A stretch of DNA of 64,000 nt from Bordetella parapertussis (GTDB lineage: Bacteria; Pseudomonadota; Gammaproteobacteria; Burkholderiales; SG8-39). Below are positions 1 through 7,666 of this stretch, piece by piece. The translations under genes were made by a program, and so were the position numbers. Where the stretch lies: assembly GCA_945861875.1 (NCBI GenBank), contig CAMAWC010000004.1, positions 4,597 to 68,596 on the forward strand, read 5' to 3'. The notes below the pieces were generated by a model. That model was not told where the DNA came from. It saw only the letters and a list, made by a program, of their open reading frames with translations, and made no database searches. How positions within the stretch are numbered: the stretch's first letter is position 1; each line of letters opens with the position of its first letter.

Positions 1-2
1 CC

Positions 3-374
3 TTGAGCGCCAGCGACGGCATGGAGGATGAATGGGCCGAGCGCTGGCGGGTTGAGGGTGGCCATGCGCAGTACCAGGAGCTTGGAGAACGGACGCCAAT
101 CGAGGCGGGCATGCGCAAGGAACTCGAACGGCTCGCCGGCAGCCTTTGTGACGAATGGATCTGGTTTGCCGCGAGCCCGGCCGAGGAGACCATAGTCGAG
201 CGCCAGCGCTACGAGCAGTACGGCCTCGCCACGCACGAAGCCAACGTGCGCTCGGTCAAATTGCGCACGGTCATGCAGGCCTTGCCCGAGGGCGGCTATG
301 TCTTCGCCTCGGTGCGGCCCGAGGTGATTGAAGCGCGCGATCTGCTGCTGCGCTGCTGGATCGTAGCGCATTGA
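3..374 (+). CDS. hypothetical protein (C-terminal part; 5' end outside window)
   Basis: Frame is open from the window edge to TGA 372-374. Third codon positions are G/C-rich like the neighbours. No family recognised by eye. Confidence 0.45.
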   Translation: MSASDGMEDEWAERWRVEGGHAQYQELGERTPIEAGMRKELERLAGSLCDEWIWFAASPAEETIVERQRYEQYGLATHEANVRSVKLRTVMQALPEGGYVFASVRPEVIEARDLLLRCWIVAH

Positions 375-375
375 G

Positions 376-506
376 GGAAGCTCTGATTAAGTCAGTAAAT
401 CGTCATTCCCGCGAAAGCGGGAATCCACCTTGACCTAAAGCATGGATTCATTGAGTCAAAATGGATTCCCGCTTTCGCGGGAATGACGGACTTAATGAGA
501 GCTTCC
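376..506. repeat. compound palindromic intergenic element with two ATTCCC-N8-GGGAAT hairpin cores
   Basis: 401-427 (cgtcattcccgcgaaagcgggaatcca) is the perfect reverse complement of 462-488 (27/27). Outer arms 376-393 and 489-506 match 17/18. Each core is itself a hairpin (ATTCCCGC-GAAA-GCGGGAAT). Confidence 0.85.
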
Positions 507-529
507 TTAGGAAAAACGGAACTGAAATC

Positions 530-1390
530 ATGACAGAAGCCTTTCGCAAAAAATCAGTGCAGTGCGCCAGTCCCTCGGGCCTGCATCGCATGGCCTACAT
601 GGAGTGGGGCAACGCCGCCAATCCGCGCGTGGTGGTATGCGTGCACGGCCTCACCCGCTGCGCGCGCGACTTTGACGCCCTTGCCGCCGAATTATCGCGT
701 GACTATCGCGTGATCTGTCCCGACGTGGCCGGGCGCGGCGACAGCGACTGGCTGAAAAACCCGATGGAATACGCCATTCCCCATTACGCCGCCGACATGG
801 TCACGCTCATCGCCCGCCTCGATGTGGCGACGGTGCACTGGGTCGGCACCTCCATGGGTGGGCTGATCGGCATGATGCTCACCGCGCTGCCCGAGACGCC
901 GGTAAGCCGCATGGTGCTCAACGATGTTGGTCCGGTGGTGACCGCTGTGTCACTCGAGCGCATCGGCACCTATGTCGGCAAGGCGCCGCGCCTGCCTTCG
1001 ATAGAAGCGGCCGAGCAGCTGGTGCGCATGGTCAGCGCGCCGTTTGGTCCGCACAGCGACGCGCAATGGCGTTTTTTGACCGAGCACGTGGTGCGGCGCG
1101 AGGCCGACGGCAGCTATCGCATGCACTACGACCCGGCCATCGCCGTGCCTTTTAACGTCAGTGCGCCGCACAAAGACATGGAATTGTGGAATTTCTGGGA
1201 CGCCATCACCTGCCCGACGCTGGTCATACGCGGCGAGCAGTCCGATCTGCTGACGCGCGACACCCTGGCGCAGATGGCGGCACGCGGTCCCAGGGCAAAA
1301 ACCGCCGAGCTGGCCGGTATAGGGCATGCGCCGACGCTGATGCACGCCGACCAGATTGCCATCGTAAAAGACTTTTTGCTCGCCGCCTGA
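530..1390 (+). CDS. alpha/beta-fold hydrolase
   Basis: ORF 461-1390. Start moved to ATG 530 because codons 1-23 (MDSRFRGNDG...) are a read-through of the palindromic repeat. Nucleophile elbow GTSMGG, HG oxyanion region (VCVHGLTR) and C-terminal GHAP are present. Confidence 0.85.
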   Translation: MTEAFRKKSVQCASPSGLHRMAYMEWGNAANPRVVVCVHGLTRCARDFDALAAELSRDYRVICPDVAGRGDSDWLKNPMEYAIPHYAADMVTLIARLDVATVHWVGTSMGGLIGMMLTALPETPVSRMVLNDVGPVVTAVSLERIGTYVGKAPRLPSIEAAEQLVRMVSAPFGPHSDAQWRFLTEHVVRREADGSYRMHYDPAIAVPFNVSAPHKDMELWNFWDAITCPTLVIRGEQSDLLTRDTLAQMAARGPRAKTAELAGIGHAPTLMHADQIAIVKDFLLAA

Positions 1391-1409
1391 ACCCGTTTCC
1401 CCGGAAGTG

Positions 1410-1450
1410 AATGGCTGGAAAGCCGCTATGGACGCGGGTTTCCAGCCATT
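1410..1450. repeat. REP-like hairpin (GGCTGGAAAGCC core), possible terminator of the hydrolase gene
   Basis: aatggctggaaagccgc-tatggac-gcgggtttccagccatt forms a 17-bp stem with one mismatch, starting 20 bp after the stop codon. The core 12-mer recurs at 20791-20802 and 25202-25213. Confidence 0.6.
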
Positions 1451-1481
1451 AGTCTGTGTTCGTGGTGCCTTCCTCTTGTGC

Positions 1482-1522
1482 TTGATCCAGGTCAACGGTC
1501 CGGCGGGGAAGCGTTGTAGCGT
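1482..1522 (+). promoter_or_regulatory. candidate FNR/CRP-family class II promoter of hemG
   Basis: Box TTGATCCAGGTCAA 1482-1495 matches TTGAT-N4-ATCAA at 9/10. The -10-like TAGCGT 1517-1522 starts 28.5 bp from the box centre. The box centre lies 108.5 bp upstream of the hemG ATG. Confidence 0.6.
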
Positions 1523-1596
1523 AGCGAGTGCGACGGTACGCGCAGCGTTGCCGCCGGCACAAACACGGCGGAGCGACACGCAAAGCGCGCTAAAGC

Positions 1597-2130
1597 ATGT
1601 CCAGAATACTCATTCTTTATTCGACCACCGACGGCCATACAGTGGAGATTTGCGAGCGGCTGCGGACGGTGATTGAGGCGCTCGGGCACACGGTAACGCT
1701 GGCCGGCTTTTCTTCCTTCCCCGGCGCCGAAATGGCGGGTTTTGAACGCATTGTGATCGGTGCGAGCATCCGTTACGGCAGGCACAGCCGGCAGTTGATT
1801 GAATTCATCAATCGCAACGCCGGCATCCTGAATGCCCGACCCGGTGCTTTTTTTTCAGTAAGCGTGGCCGCGCGCAAGCCCAAGAACAGCAAGCCCGGGA
1901 CAAATGCCTATATGCAGGCCTTTTTGCGCAAGGTGTCATGGCGGCCGGCGCAACTGGCTGTTTTTGCCGGCAAGATCGATTACCCGCGTTACGGTTTTTT
2001 TGACCGCCTGATGATCAGGCTGATCATGTTGGTCACCGGCGGGCCGACCGATCCGCAGGCGGTGGTGGACTTTACCGACTGGAATCAGGTTGAGGCTTTT
2101 GGCCGGACCATCGGTGGCGCTGAGGGCTAG
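1597..2130 (+). CDS. hemG: quinone-dependent protoporphyrinogen IX dehydrogenase HemG (flavodoxin-like)
   Basis: 177 aa. Flavodoxin N-terminus MSRILILYSTTDGHT. Near-colinear with E. coli HemG as I recall it (VIGASIRYG, YPRYGFFDRLMIRLIM, TDWNQV). Confidence 0.9.
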   Translation: MSRILILYSTTDGHTVEICERLRTVIEALGHTVTLAGFSSFPGAEMAGFERIVIGASIRYGRHSRQLIEFINRNAGILNARPGAFFSVSVAARKPKNSKPGTNAYMQAFLRKVSWRPAQLAVFAGKIDYPRYGFFDRLMIRLIMLVTGGPTDPQAVVDFTDWNQVEAFGRTIGGAEG

Positions 2131-2142
2131 CGCCGGTCAGGC

Positions 2143-2183
2143 TTGATCTGCATCAAAACCGGTATTGGCCGGCTTGCTAGGGT
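2143..2183 (+). promoter_or_regulatory. candidate FNR/CRP-family class II promoter of maeA
   Basis: Box TTGATCTGCATCAA 2143-2156 is a perfect 10/10 consensus. The -10-like TAGGGT 2178-2183 starts 28.5 bp from the box centre. The centre lies 105.5 bp upstream of ATG 2255. Confidence 0.7.
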
Positions 2184-2254
2184 AGGCGGCACCGTCTGTG
2201 CGTATGAACGAGGGGAGTATTCGCGCCGATCCGTATCTGTGTAGAGGAGGAAGC

Positions 2255-3907
2255 ATGAATAGCAAGCCCGGGAAGCGTGACGCTTCCGCTATGCCGCGCG
2301 GCACCGATTTGCTGCACGATCCGCTGCTCAACAAGGGCACGGCGTTTACCGCGGCCGAGCGTGACGCGCTGGGTTTGCGCGGCCTGTTGCCGCCGCATAT
2401 TCATACCCAGGAAGAGCAGATGGGCCGCATTCTGATGAACCTGCGGCAAATGCCCGATCCGCTCGACCGCTTTATAGCCCTTAACGCGCTGCACGATCGT
2501 AACGAGGCGCTGTTCTTTCGCACCATCTGCGAAAACGTCGATGAAATACAGCCGCTCATTTACACGCCCACCGTCGGGCTTGCGTGCCAGCGCTTCGGGC
2601 AGATTTTTCAGCGCCCGCGCGGCATGTTCATCAGCGCCGCCGACCGTGGCCGCATCAAGTCCATACTCGCCAACTGGCCCTACCAGGCCGGCATCATTGT
2701 CGTTACCGACGGTGAGCGCATTCTTGGCCTTGGCGACCAGGGCGCCAACGGCATGGGCATCCCGGTGGGCAAGCTCTCGCTTTATACGGCCTGTGCCGGC
2801 GTGAACCCGCGGTTGTGCCTGCCGGTGACCATCGATGTCGGTACCAATAATGAGACGCTGCTCAATGATCCTTATTACGTCGGCCTCAAGCAGCGGCGCA
2901 TTACCGGCGCCGCCTACGACGAGCTGATCGAGGAGTTTGTCACCGCCGCGAACGAGGTGTTTACCGGTGTGCTGATCCAGTTTGAGGACTTTGCCAACCA
3001 CAACGCTTTTCGCCTTCTGGCCAAATACCGCGACCGCATCTGCACCTTTAACGATGACATCCAGGGCACGGCGGCGGTGGTGCTCACCGGGCTTTTGTCG
3101 GCCTTGCGTATCACCGGCGGCAAATTGCAGGACCAGCGCCTGCTGTTTCTCGGCGCGGGTGAGGCGGCGACCGGCATTGCCGACTTGGTGGTCGCGGCCA
3201 TGGTCGCGCAAGGTGTCGCCGAGGGCGTGGCGCGGCAGTGCTGCTGGCTGGTCGATTCCAAGGGGCTGGTGGTCAAAAGCCGCGGCGATCTTGCCGCGCA
3301 AAAGAAACCCTACGCACATGAACATGCGCCTGTCGCCGAATTCCCGGCAGCGGTGCGCGCACTCAAACCGACGGCGATCATCGGTGTGGCCGCGGTGGGC
3401 GGCACCTTTACCAAGGAGGTGCTCGCCGACATGGCGCGGATCAATGCGCAACCCATCGTGTTCGCGCTGTCCAACCCGACGTCCAAGTCCGAATGCACGG
3501 CACAGCAGGCCTACGAGGGCACCGGCGGCAAGGCCTTGTTTGCCTGCGGCAGCCCCTTCGACCCGGTAACGCTGGCCGGGCGCACCTATGTGCCGCGCCA
3601 GGGCAACAACTCCTATATTTTCCCCGGCGTCGGCCTTGGCGCGATAGTCAGCCGCACGCGGCGCGTCACCGACGAGATGTTCCTTGCCGCAGCGCACACG
3701 CTGGCAGCGCAGGTGAGCGAAGCGGACCTGGCACAGGGCAGCCTGTACCCGGCGCTGGCGCGAATCCGCGAGGTGTCGGCGGCGATTGCCGCGTCGGTTG
3801 CGACGATTGCCTACGAGCGCGATCTGGCCGGCAAACCGCGTCCGGTGGACATCCAGGCCGACATCAAGTCGCACATGTACGACCCGCGCTATGAGAGTTA
3901 TGCCTAG
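2255..3907 (+). CDS. maeA: NAD-dependent malic enzyme
   Basis: ORF 2198-3907. ATG 2255 follows GGAGGA. Malic-enzyme N-terminus LHDPLLNKGTAFTAAERDALGLRGLLPP. Dinucleotide fold FLGAGEAATGIA. About 550 aa. Confidence 0.93.
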   Translation: MNSKPGKRDASAMPRGTDLLHDPLLNKGTAFTAAERDALGLRGLLPPHIHTQEEQMGRILMNLRQMPDPLDRFIALNALHDRNEALFFRTICENVDEIQPLIYTPTVGLACQRFGQIFQRPRGMFISAADRGRIKSILANWPYQAGIIVVTDGERILGLGDQGANGMGIPVGKLSLYTACAGVNPRLCLPVTIDVGTNNETLLNDPYYVGLKQRRITGAAYDELIEEFVTAANEVFTGVLIQFEDFANHNAFRLLAKYRDRICTFNDDIQGTAAVVLTGLLSALRITGGKLQDQRLLFLGAGEAATGIADLVVAAMVAQGVAEGVARQCCWLVDSKGLVVKSRGDLAAQKKPYAHEHAPVAEFPAAVRALKPTAIIGVAAVGGTFTKEVLADMARINAQPIVFALSNPTSKSECTAQQAYEGTGGKALFACGSPFDPVTLAGRTYVPRQGNNSYIFPGVGLGAIVSRTRRVTDEMFLAAAHTLAAQVSEADLAQGSLYPALARIREVSAAIAASVATIAYERDLAGKPRPVDIQADIKSHMYDPRYESYA

Positions 3908-3968
3908 AGTAGGATGTTGCCTGGAAGGGAAGAATATTTTTCAACGGAACTTCAACCAAGGAGCGCAT

Positions 3969-4256
3969 ATGAAAACCATAGCGATTGCGGCCGTCCTGGC
4001 CATTGGCGTTTTTGGAGCGGGGGCGGCGGGCGCATCCGAGGCGCTGGCCAAGAGCAGCGGCTGCCTCGGCTGCCACGCACTGGATACCACCAAGAAGGTC
4101 GGGCCGGGATTCAAGACGATAGCCACCGCAAACAAGGGCAAGGCCGATGCCGAAGCAACGATCAGCGCCAAGATCATCAGCGCCAAGGGGCACCCCAAGG
4201 TCAAGGCCGGTGATGACGACGTAAAGACCATGACAAAGTGGATTCTTACGCTGTAG
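3969..4256 (+). CDS. monohaem class I cytochrome c (c551/c552-like), periplasmic
   Basis: ATG 3969 follows AAGGAG. Signal peptide MKTIAIAAVLAIGVFGAGAAGA. Single CLGCH motif followed by KKVGPGFK. 95 aa. Confidence 0.85.
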   Translation: MKTIAIAAVLAIGVFGAGAAGASEALAKSSGCLGCHALDTTKKVGPGFKTIATANKGKADAEATISAKIISAKGHPKVKAGDDDVKTMTKWILTL

Positions 4257-4264
4257 CGATGTTT

Positions 4265-4305
4265 CCCCGCGGCCTGCACCCGGCGCAGGCCGCGGGGGTC
4301 TTTCG
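4265..4305 (+). terminator. rho-independent terminator after the cytochrome c gene
   Basis: 13-bp perfect stem ccccgcggcctgc / gcaggccgcgggg with a 7-nt loop, followed by gtctttcg. Confidence 0.6.
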
Positions 4306-4332
4306 ACAGTAATTTCATCGCGTGAGCAATTG

Positions 4333-4373
4333 TTGATCTGGCGCAAACAGGCCGCTGCGCGCTGGACTACCCT
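4333..4373 (+). promoter_or_regulatory. candidate FNR/Dnr-type class II promoter of the multihaem c::b gene
   Basis: Box TTGATCTGGCGCAA 4333-4346 (8/10) is the identical 14-mer to 19029-19042. The -10-like TACCCT 4368-4373 starts 28.5 bp from the box centre. Confidence 0.5.
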
Positions 4374-4508
4374 GCAGTCAGTTGTTCTGCGACCGGTATT
4401 GGTGTGGTGAAACTCGTGCTTGCCAGCTGGCAAGGTGATGCCAGCATCCTATAAAAAAGGGCGGCGTTTGCAGTGCTCCGTTTTCAATGTTGCAGGGGAA
4501 AAGACAAC

Positions 4509-6299
4509 ATGATGCGAATTCCGGGATCGGCTTTATTGAGGGTGACAGCTTGCCTGCTTGCCATAAGCAGTCTCGGTGCGCTGTCTGCGGGGGCCGCCGA
4601 TGCGCCGGCTGGCGCCGTCGCCCCAGTCGCAAGCACAGCGGCAACCGACAAACCGGATAACGACACCTGTCTCGCGTGTCACGGCAATGCGGGCTTCTCC
4701 GCGCCGGGAGCCGGCGGGAAGGAGCGCCCGCTGCATGTGGCGCAGGATAAATTCGGCGCCAGCTCGCACGGGAAGTTGGAGTGTGTTTCCTGCCATACCG
4801 CCATCACCGATGTTCCGCACAAGAATATCCCGGCCGAGGGCAGCCCGGCCCGCGCCGCACAGCGCAAGGGCATTCCCGAGCTTTGCGGCACCTGCCACGC
4901 CAAGCAGCGTGACGAATATGCGACTTCGGTGCACGGGCGCGAGGCCCTGGAAAAAGGCAACCCCGCAGCGGCGGTCTGCTCCGACTGCCACAAGCCCCAT
5001 GCGGTGCAGGACCCGACGGGCGATGTCGCGCGGCTGACCATCACCAAGAGCTGCGGCAGTTGCCACAAGGACATGCTCAGGACTTATACCGAAACCTATC
5101 ACGGCCAGATCAACGCCCTCGGTTACGCCAATACGGCCAAGTGCTTTGACTGCCATGGCAGTCACGGCATCCAGCGCGTCGGCGATCCTGCGTCGTCGGT
5201 GCACCGCAAGAACCGCCTCGAAACCTGCCAGAAGTGCCACATCAACGCCAGCGAGGGCTTTGCCACCTTTGCACCGCACGGCGACGCGCGCGACTTTGCC
5301 CGTTACCCGATGATCTGGTTGGCGCAAAAAATGATGGTCGGCCTGCTGGTCGGCACCTTTGCCTTCTTCTGGCTGCATACGGCCATGTGGTTTTACCGCG
5401 AATACAAGGAGCGCAGCGAGCGCAAATCGCGGCCGCAGGTGCTGGCTAGCGCCTTGCCAACCGGGACGACAGGCAAGCATTTCCAGCGCTTTAGCGCGAC
5501 CTGGCGCGTGGCCCATCTGAGCTTCGCGCTAAGCCTGATGGTGCTGACCCTCACCGGCATGCCGGTGTTTTATCCGGAAAGCAGCTGGGCACCGGCGGTG
5601 ATGAAGCTGCTGGGTGGCCCGCAGACGGCGGCGATTATCCACCGCGTGGCTGCCGTGGTCTTTGCCGGGGTGTTTTTCTGGCACCTGGGCTATGTGGCGC
5701 TGCGCCTGGCGCGCAACTGGAAAAACTTTCGTATTTTCGGCTCCGATTCGTTGATACCCGGCCTGCAGGACCTCAAGGACATTATTGCGATGTTCACTTG
5801 GTTCATCGGCAAGGGCACGCGGCCGATATTCGACCGCTGGACCTACTGGGAGAAGTTCGACTACTGGGCGCCGTTCTGGGGTGTGACCATCATCGGCGTG
5901 AGCGGCCTGATGATGTGGCTGCCCAACCTGACGGCTTCCTTCCTGCCTGGCTGGGTGTTCAACATCGCCGCGATCTTCCATGGCGAGGAGGCCTTCCTCG
6001 CGGTGGTGTTCCTGTTCACCGTGCACTTTTTCAACAACCACTTCCGGCCGGACAAGTTTCCGCTTGATATCGTCATGTTCACCGGCACCATGACGCTGGA
6101 GGCCTTCCGCCACGAGCACGGCGTGCAGTACCAGCGACTGCTCGATTCGGGGGAACTGGAGAAGCACCTCGTCGATGCGCCGTCCCAACCGATGACTCTG
6201 GGGGCGAAGATCCTGGGCACCGTGCTGATCATCGTCGGCCTGACCTTGCTGGTGTTCGTGCTGGCCGGGTTCCTGCAGGGTTTTTCGGGAGGACACTGA
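4509..6299 (+). CDS. heptahaem cytochrome c fused to a polytopic dihaem-b-like membrane domain (CbcL-like quinol/quinone oxidoreductase candidate)
   Basis: ORF 4473-6299, with ATG 4509 the likely start (MMRIPGS..., signal peptide). Seven CXXCH motifs: CLACH, CVSCH, CGTCH, CSDCH, CGSCH, CFDCH, CQKCH. About 6 hydrophobic helices follow, two carrying His pairs 14-15 residues apart. Confidence 0.85.
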   Translation: MMRIPGSALLRVTACLLAISSLGALSAGAADAPAGAVAPVASTAATDKPDNDTCLACHGNAGFSAPGAGGKERPLHVAQDKFGASSHGKLECVSCHTAITDVPHKNIPAEGSPARAAQRKGIPELCGTCHAKQRDEYATSVHGREALEKGNPAAAVCSDCHKPHAVQDPTGDVARLTITKSCGSCHKDMLRTYTETYHGQINALGYANTAKCFDCHGSHGIQRVGDPASSVHRKNRLETCQKCHINASEGFATFAPHGDARDFARYPMIWLAQKMMVGLLVGTFAFFWLHTAMWFYREYKERSERKSRPQVLASALPTGTTGKHFQRFSATWRVAHLSFALSLMVLTLTGMPVFYPESSWAPAVMKLLGGPQTAAIIHRVAAVVFAGVFFWHLGYVALRLARNWKNFRIFGSDSLIPGLQDLKDIIAMFTWFIGKGTRPIFDRWTYWEKFDYWAPFWGVTIIGVSGLMMWLPNLTASFLPGWVFNIAAIFHGEEAFLAVVFLFTVHFFNNHFRPDKFPLDIVMFTGTMTLEAFRHEHGVQYQRLLDSGELEKHLVDAPSQPMTLGAKILGTVLIIVGLTLLVFVLAGFLQGFSGGH

Positions 6300-6303
6300 C
6301 GGC

Positions 6304-6344
6304 TTGATCCATGTCAAGACGCGCGGCGCGTGGCGGTGTATTTG
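6304..6344 (+). promoter_or_regulatory. candidate FNR/CRP-family class II promoter of the c5-OFOR-frd operon
   Basis: Box TTGATCCATGTCAA 6304-6317 (9/10) is identical to the rquA box. The weaker -10-like TATTTG 6339-6344 starts 28.5 bp from the box centre. The box begins 5 bp after the upstream stop codon. Confidence 0.55.
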
Positions 6345-6384
6345 TAGAGCGTGTTGTTAGAGCGCAAACAAAGGAGGAATGATC

Positions 6385-7044
6385 ATGAGTGACAAGATGC
6401 CCGGCGTATGGCGGCAGGTGGCGGTGGTGGCGATGCTTGCCTTTGCCTTGCCCCTTGGGGCACAACAGGCGGCGGCACAGCAAGCGGCGGCCCCCAAGGC
6501 CGGCGATCGCAGCGGCAAGCAGGTGGTCGATGCCACCTGCGCCTCCTGTCACGCCAGCGGCGCCAACGGCGCGCCGAAGATCGGTGACGTCAAGGCCTGG
6601 AGCGCACGCTCCAAGCAAGGCCTGTCCAGCCTGACCAAGGAAGCCATCGGCGGTATTCGCAAAATGCCCGGGCACGGCGGCGACGCGACCCTGACCGACC
6701 TGGAAATCGGCCGTGCCGTGACCTACATGGTCAACCAGTCCGGCGGCAAGTGGACCGAACCTGCGAGTCCCAAGGACATGGCAAAAGAGCGCAGCGGCAG
6801 GCAGATTGTTGAAATGCAGTGCTACCGCTGCCATGAAAACGGCACGGGCGGGGCGCCGAAAATCGGCGACCGGCAAGCCTGGATACCGCGGGTCAGCCAG
6901 GGCTTGGATAACGTCACGCGCTCGGCCATACGCGGGCACGGCGGCATGCCGGCGCGCGGCGGCATGGCCGATGTCAGCGACACCGAGTTGCGCAACGCGA
7001 TTGCCTACATGCTCAATTACGGCACCGGCGCGGAAAAGAAATGA
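6385..7044 (+). CDS. dihaem cytochrome c, two c5-type domains
   Basis: ATG 6385 lies 6 nt after AGGAGGA. Signal peptide present. Two CXXCH motifs (CASCH, CYRCH), each followed by G..GAPKIGD..AW, which is typical of cytochrome c5. Confidence 0.85.
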   Translation: MSDKMPGVWRQVAVVAMLAFALPLGAQQAAAQQAAAPKAGDRSGKQVVDATCASCHASGANGAPKIGDVKAWSARSKQGLSSLTKEAIGGIRKMPGHGGDATLTDLEIGRAVTYMVNQSGGKWTEPASPKDMAKERSGRQIVEMQCYRCHENGTGGAPKIGDRQAWIPRVSQGLDNVTRSAIRGHGGMPARGGMADVSDTELRNAIAYMLNYGTGAEKK

Positions 7045-7081
7045 GTCTCACGGCCATGGCCTAACAGGCTGGGGGGCAACC

Positions 7082-7666
7082 ATGTTCCAGGTGCGCATTC
7101 ACGGCAGGGGCGGTCAGGGCGTGGTCTCGGCCGCGGAAATGCTCTCGGTGGCCGCATTCGACGAAGGGCGTTTCGCCCAGGCTTTCCCCAGCTTCGGTTC
7201 TGAGCGCATGGGTGCGCCGGTGATGGCCTTTTGCCGCATCGACAGGCGCGAGATCCGCTCGCGCGAACCGGTGATGCAGCCCGATGCGCTGATCATCCAG
7301 GACCCGACCCTGCTGCACCAGGTGGACTTGTTCAGCGGGCTCGCCGCCGGCGGCTTCATCCTCATTAATTCCAGGCGCAGTGCCGAGGAACTGGGCATAG
7401 CCGAACTGGCGCACGGCATCGGACACGACCACCTGTGTACGGTGCCGGCGAGTGATTTAGCCCTCAAGCACACCGGCAGGTCGATGCCCAATGCCGCGCT
7501 GCTGGGCGGGTTTGCCGCCATCACCGGGCAGTTGCACCTCGATTCGGTGACCAAGGCGATACGCGAAAAGTTTCCCGGCAAGGTGGGCGAGTCCAACGTG
7601 GCCGCCGCCGAGGCCGCCTACGAGCACGTCATGAAGGAGCGGCAATCGCCGGCTACCCATGCTTAA
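7082..7666 (+). CDS. 2-oxoacid:ferredoxin oxidoreductase, gamma subunit
   Basis: MFQVRIHGRGGQGVVSAAEMLSVAAF...FPSFGSERMGAP is the characteristic POR/KOR gamma N-terminus. 194 aa. Confidence 0.9.
   Translation: MFQVRIHGRGGQGVVSAAEMLSVAAFDEGRFAQAFPSFGSERMGAPVMAFCRIDRREIRSREPVMQPDALIIQDPTLLHQVDLFSGLAAGGFILINSRRSAEELGIAELAHGIGHDHLCTVPASDLALKHTGRSMPNAALLGGFAAITGQLHLDSVTKAIREKFPGKVGESNVAAAEAAYEHVMKERQSPATHA

Noticed and set aside
461-529. N-terminal extension MDSRFRGNDGLNESFLRKNGTEI of the hydrolase ORF
   Set aside because: These codons are simply the right arm of the palindromic repeat read in frame. A proper start at ATG 530 gives a normal hydrolase N-terminus.
2177-3874. 565-aa minus-strand ORF covering the whole malic enzyme gene
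   Set aside because: This is an antisense shadow ORF typical of GC-rich DNA. Its translation is Arg/Ala/Gly/His-rich low complexity with no motif, while the plus strand encodes an unmistakable malic enzyme.
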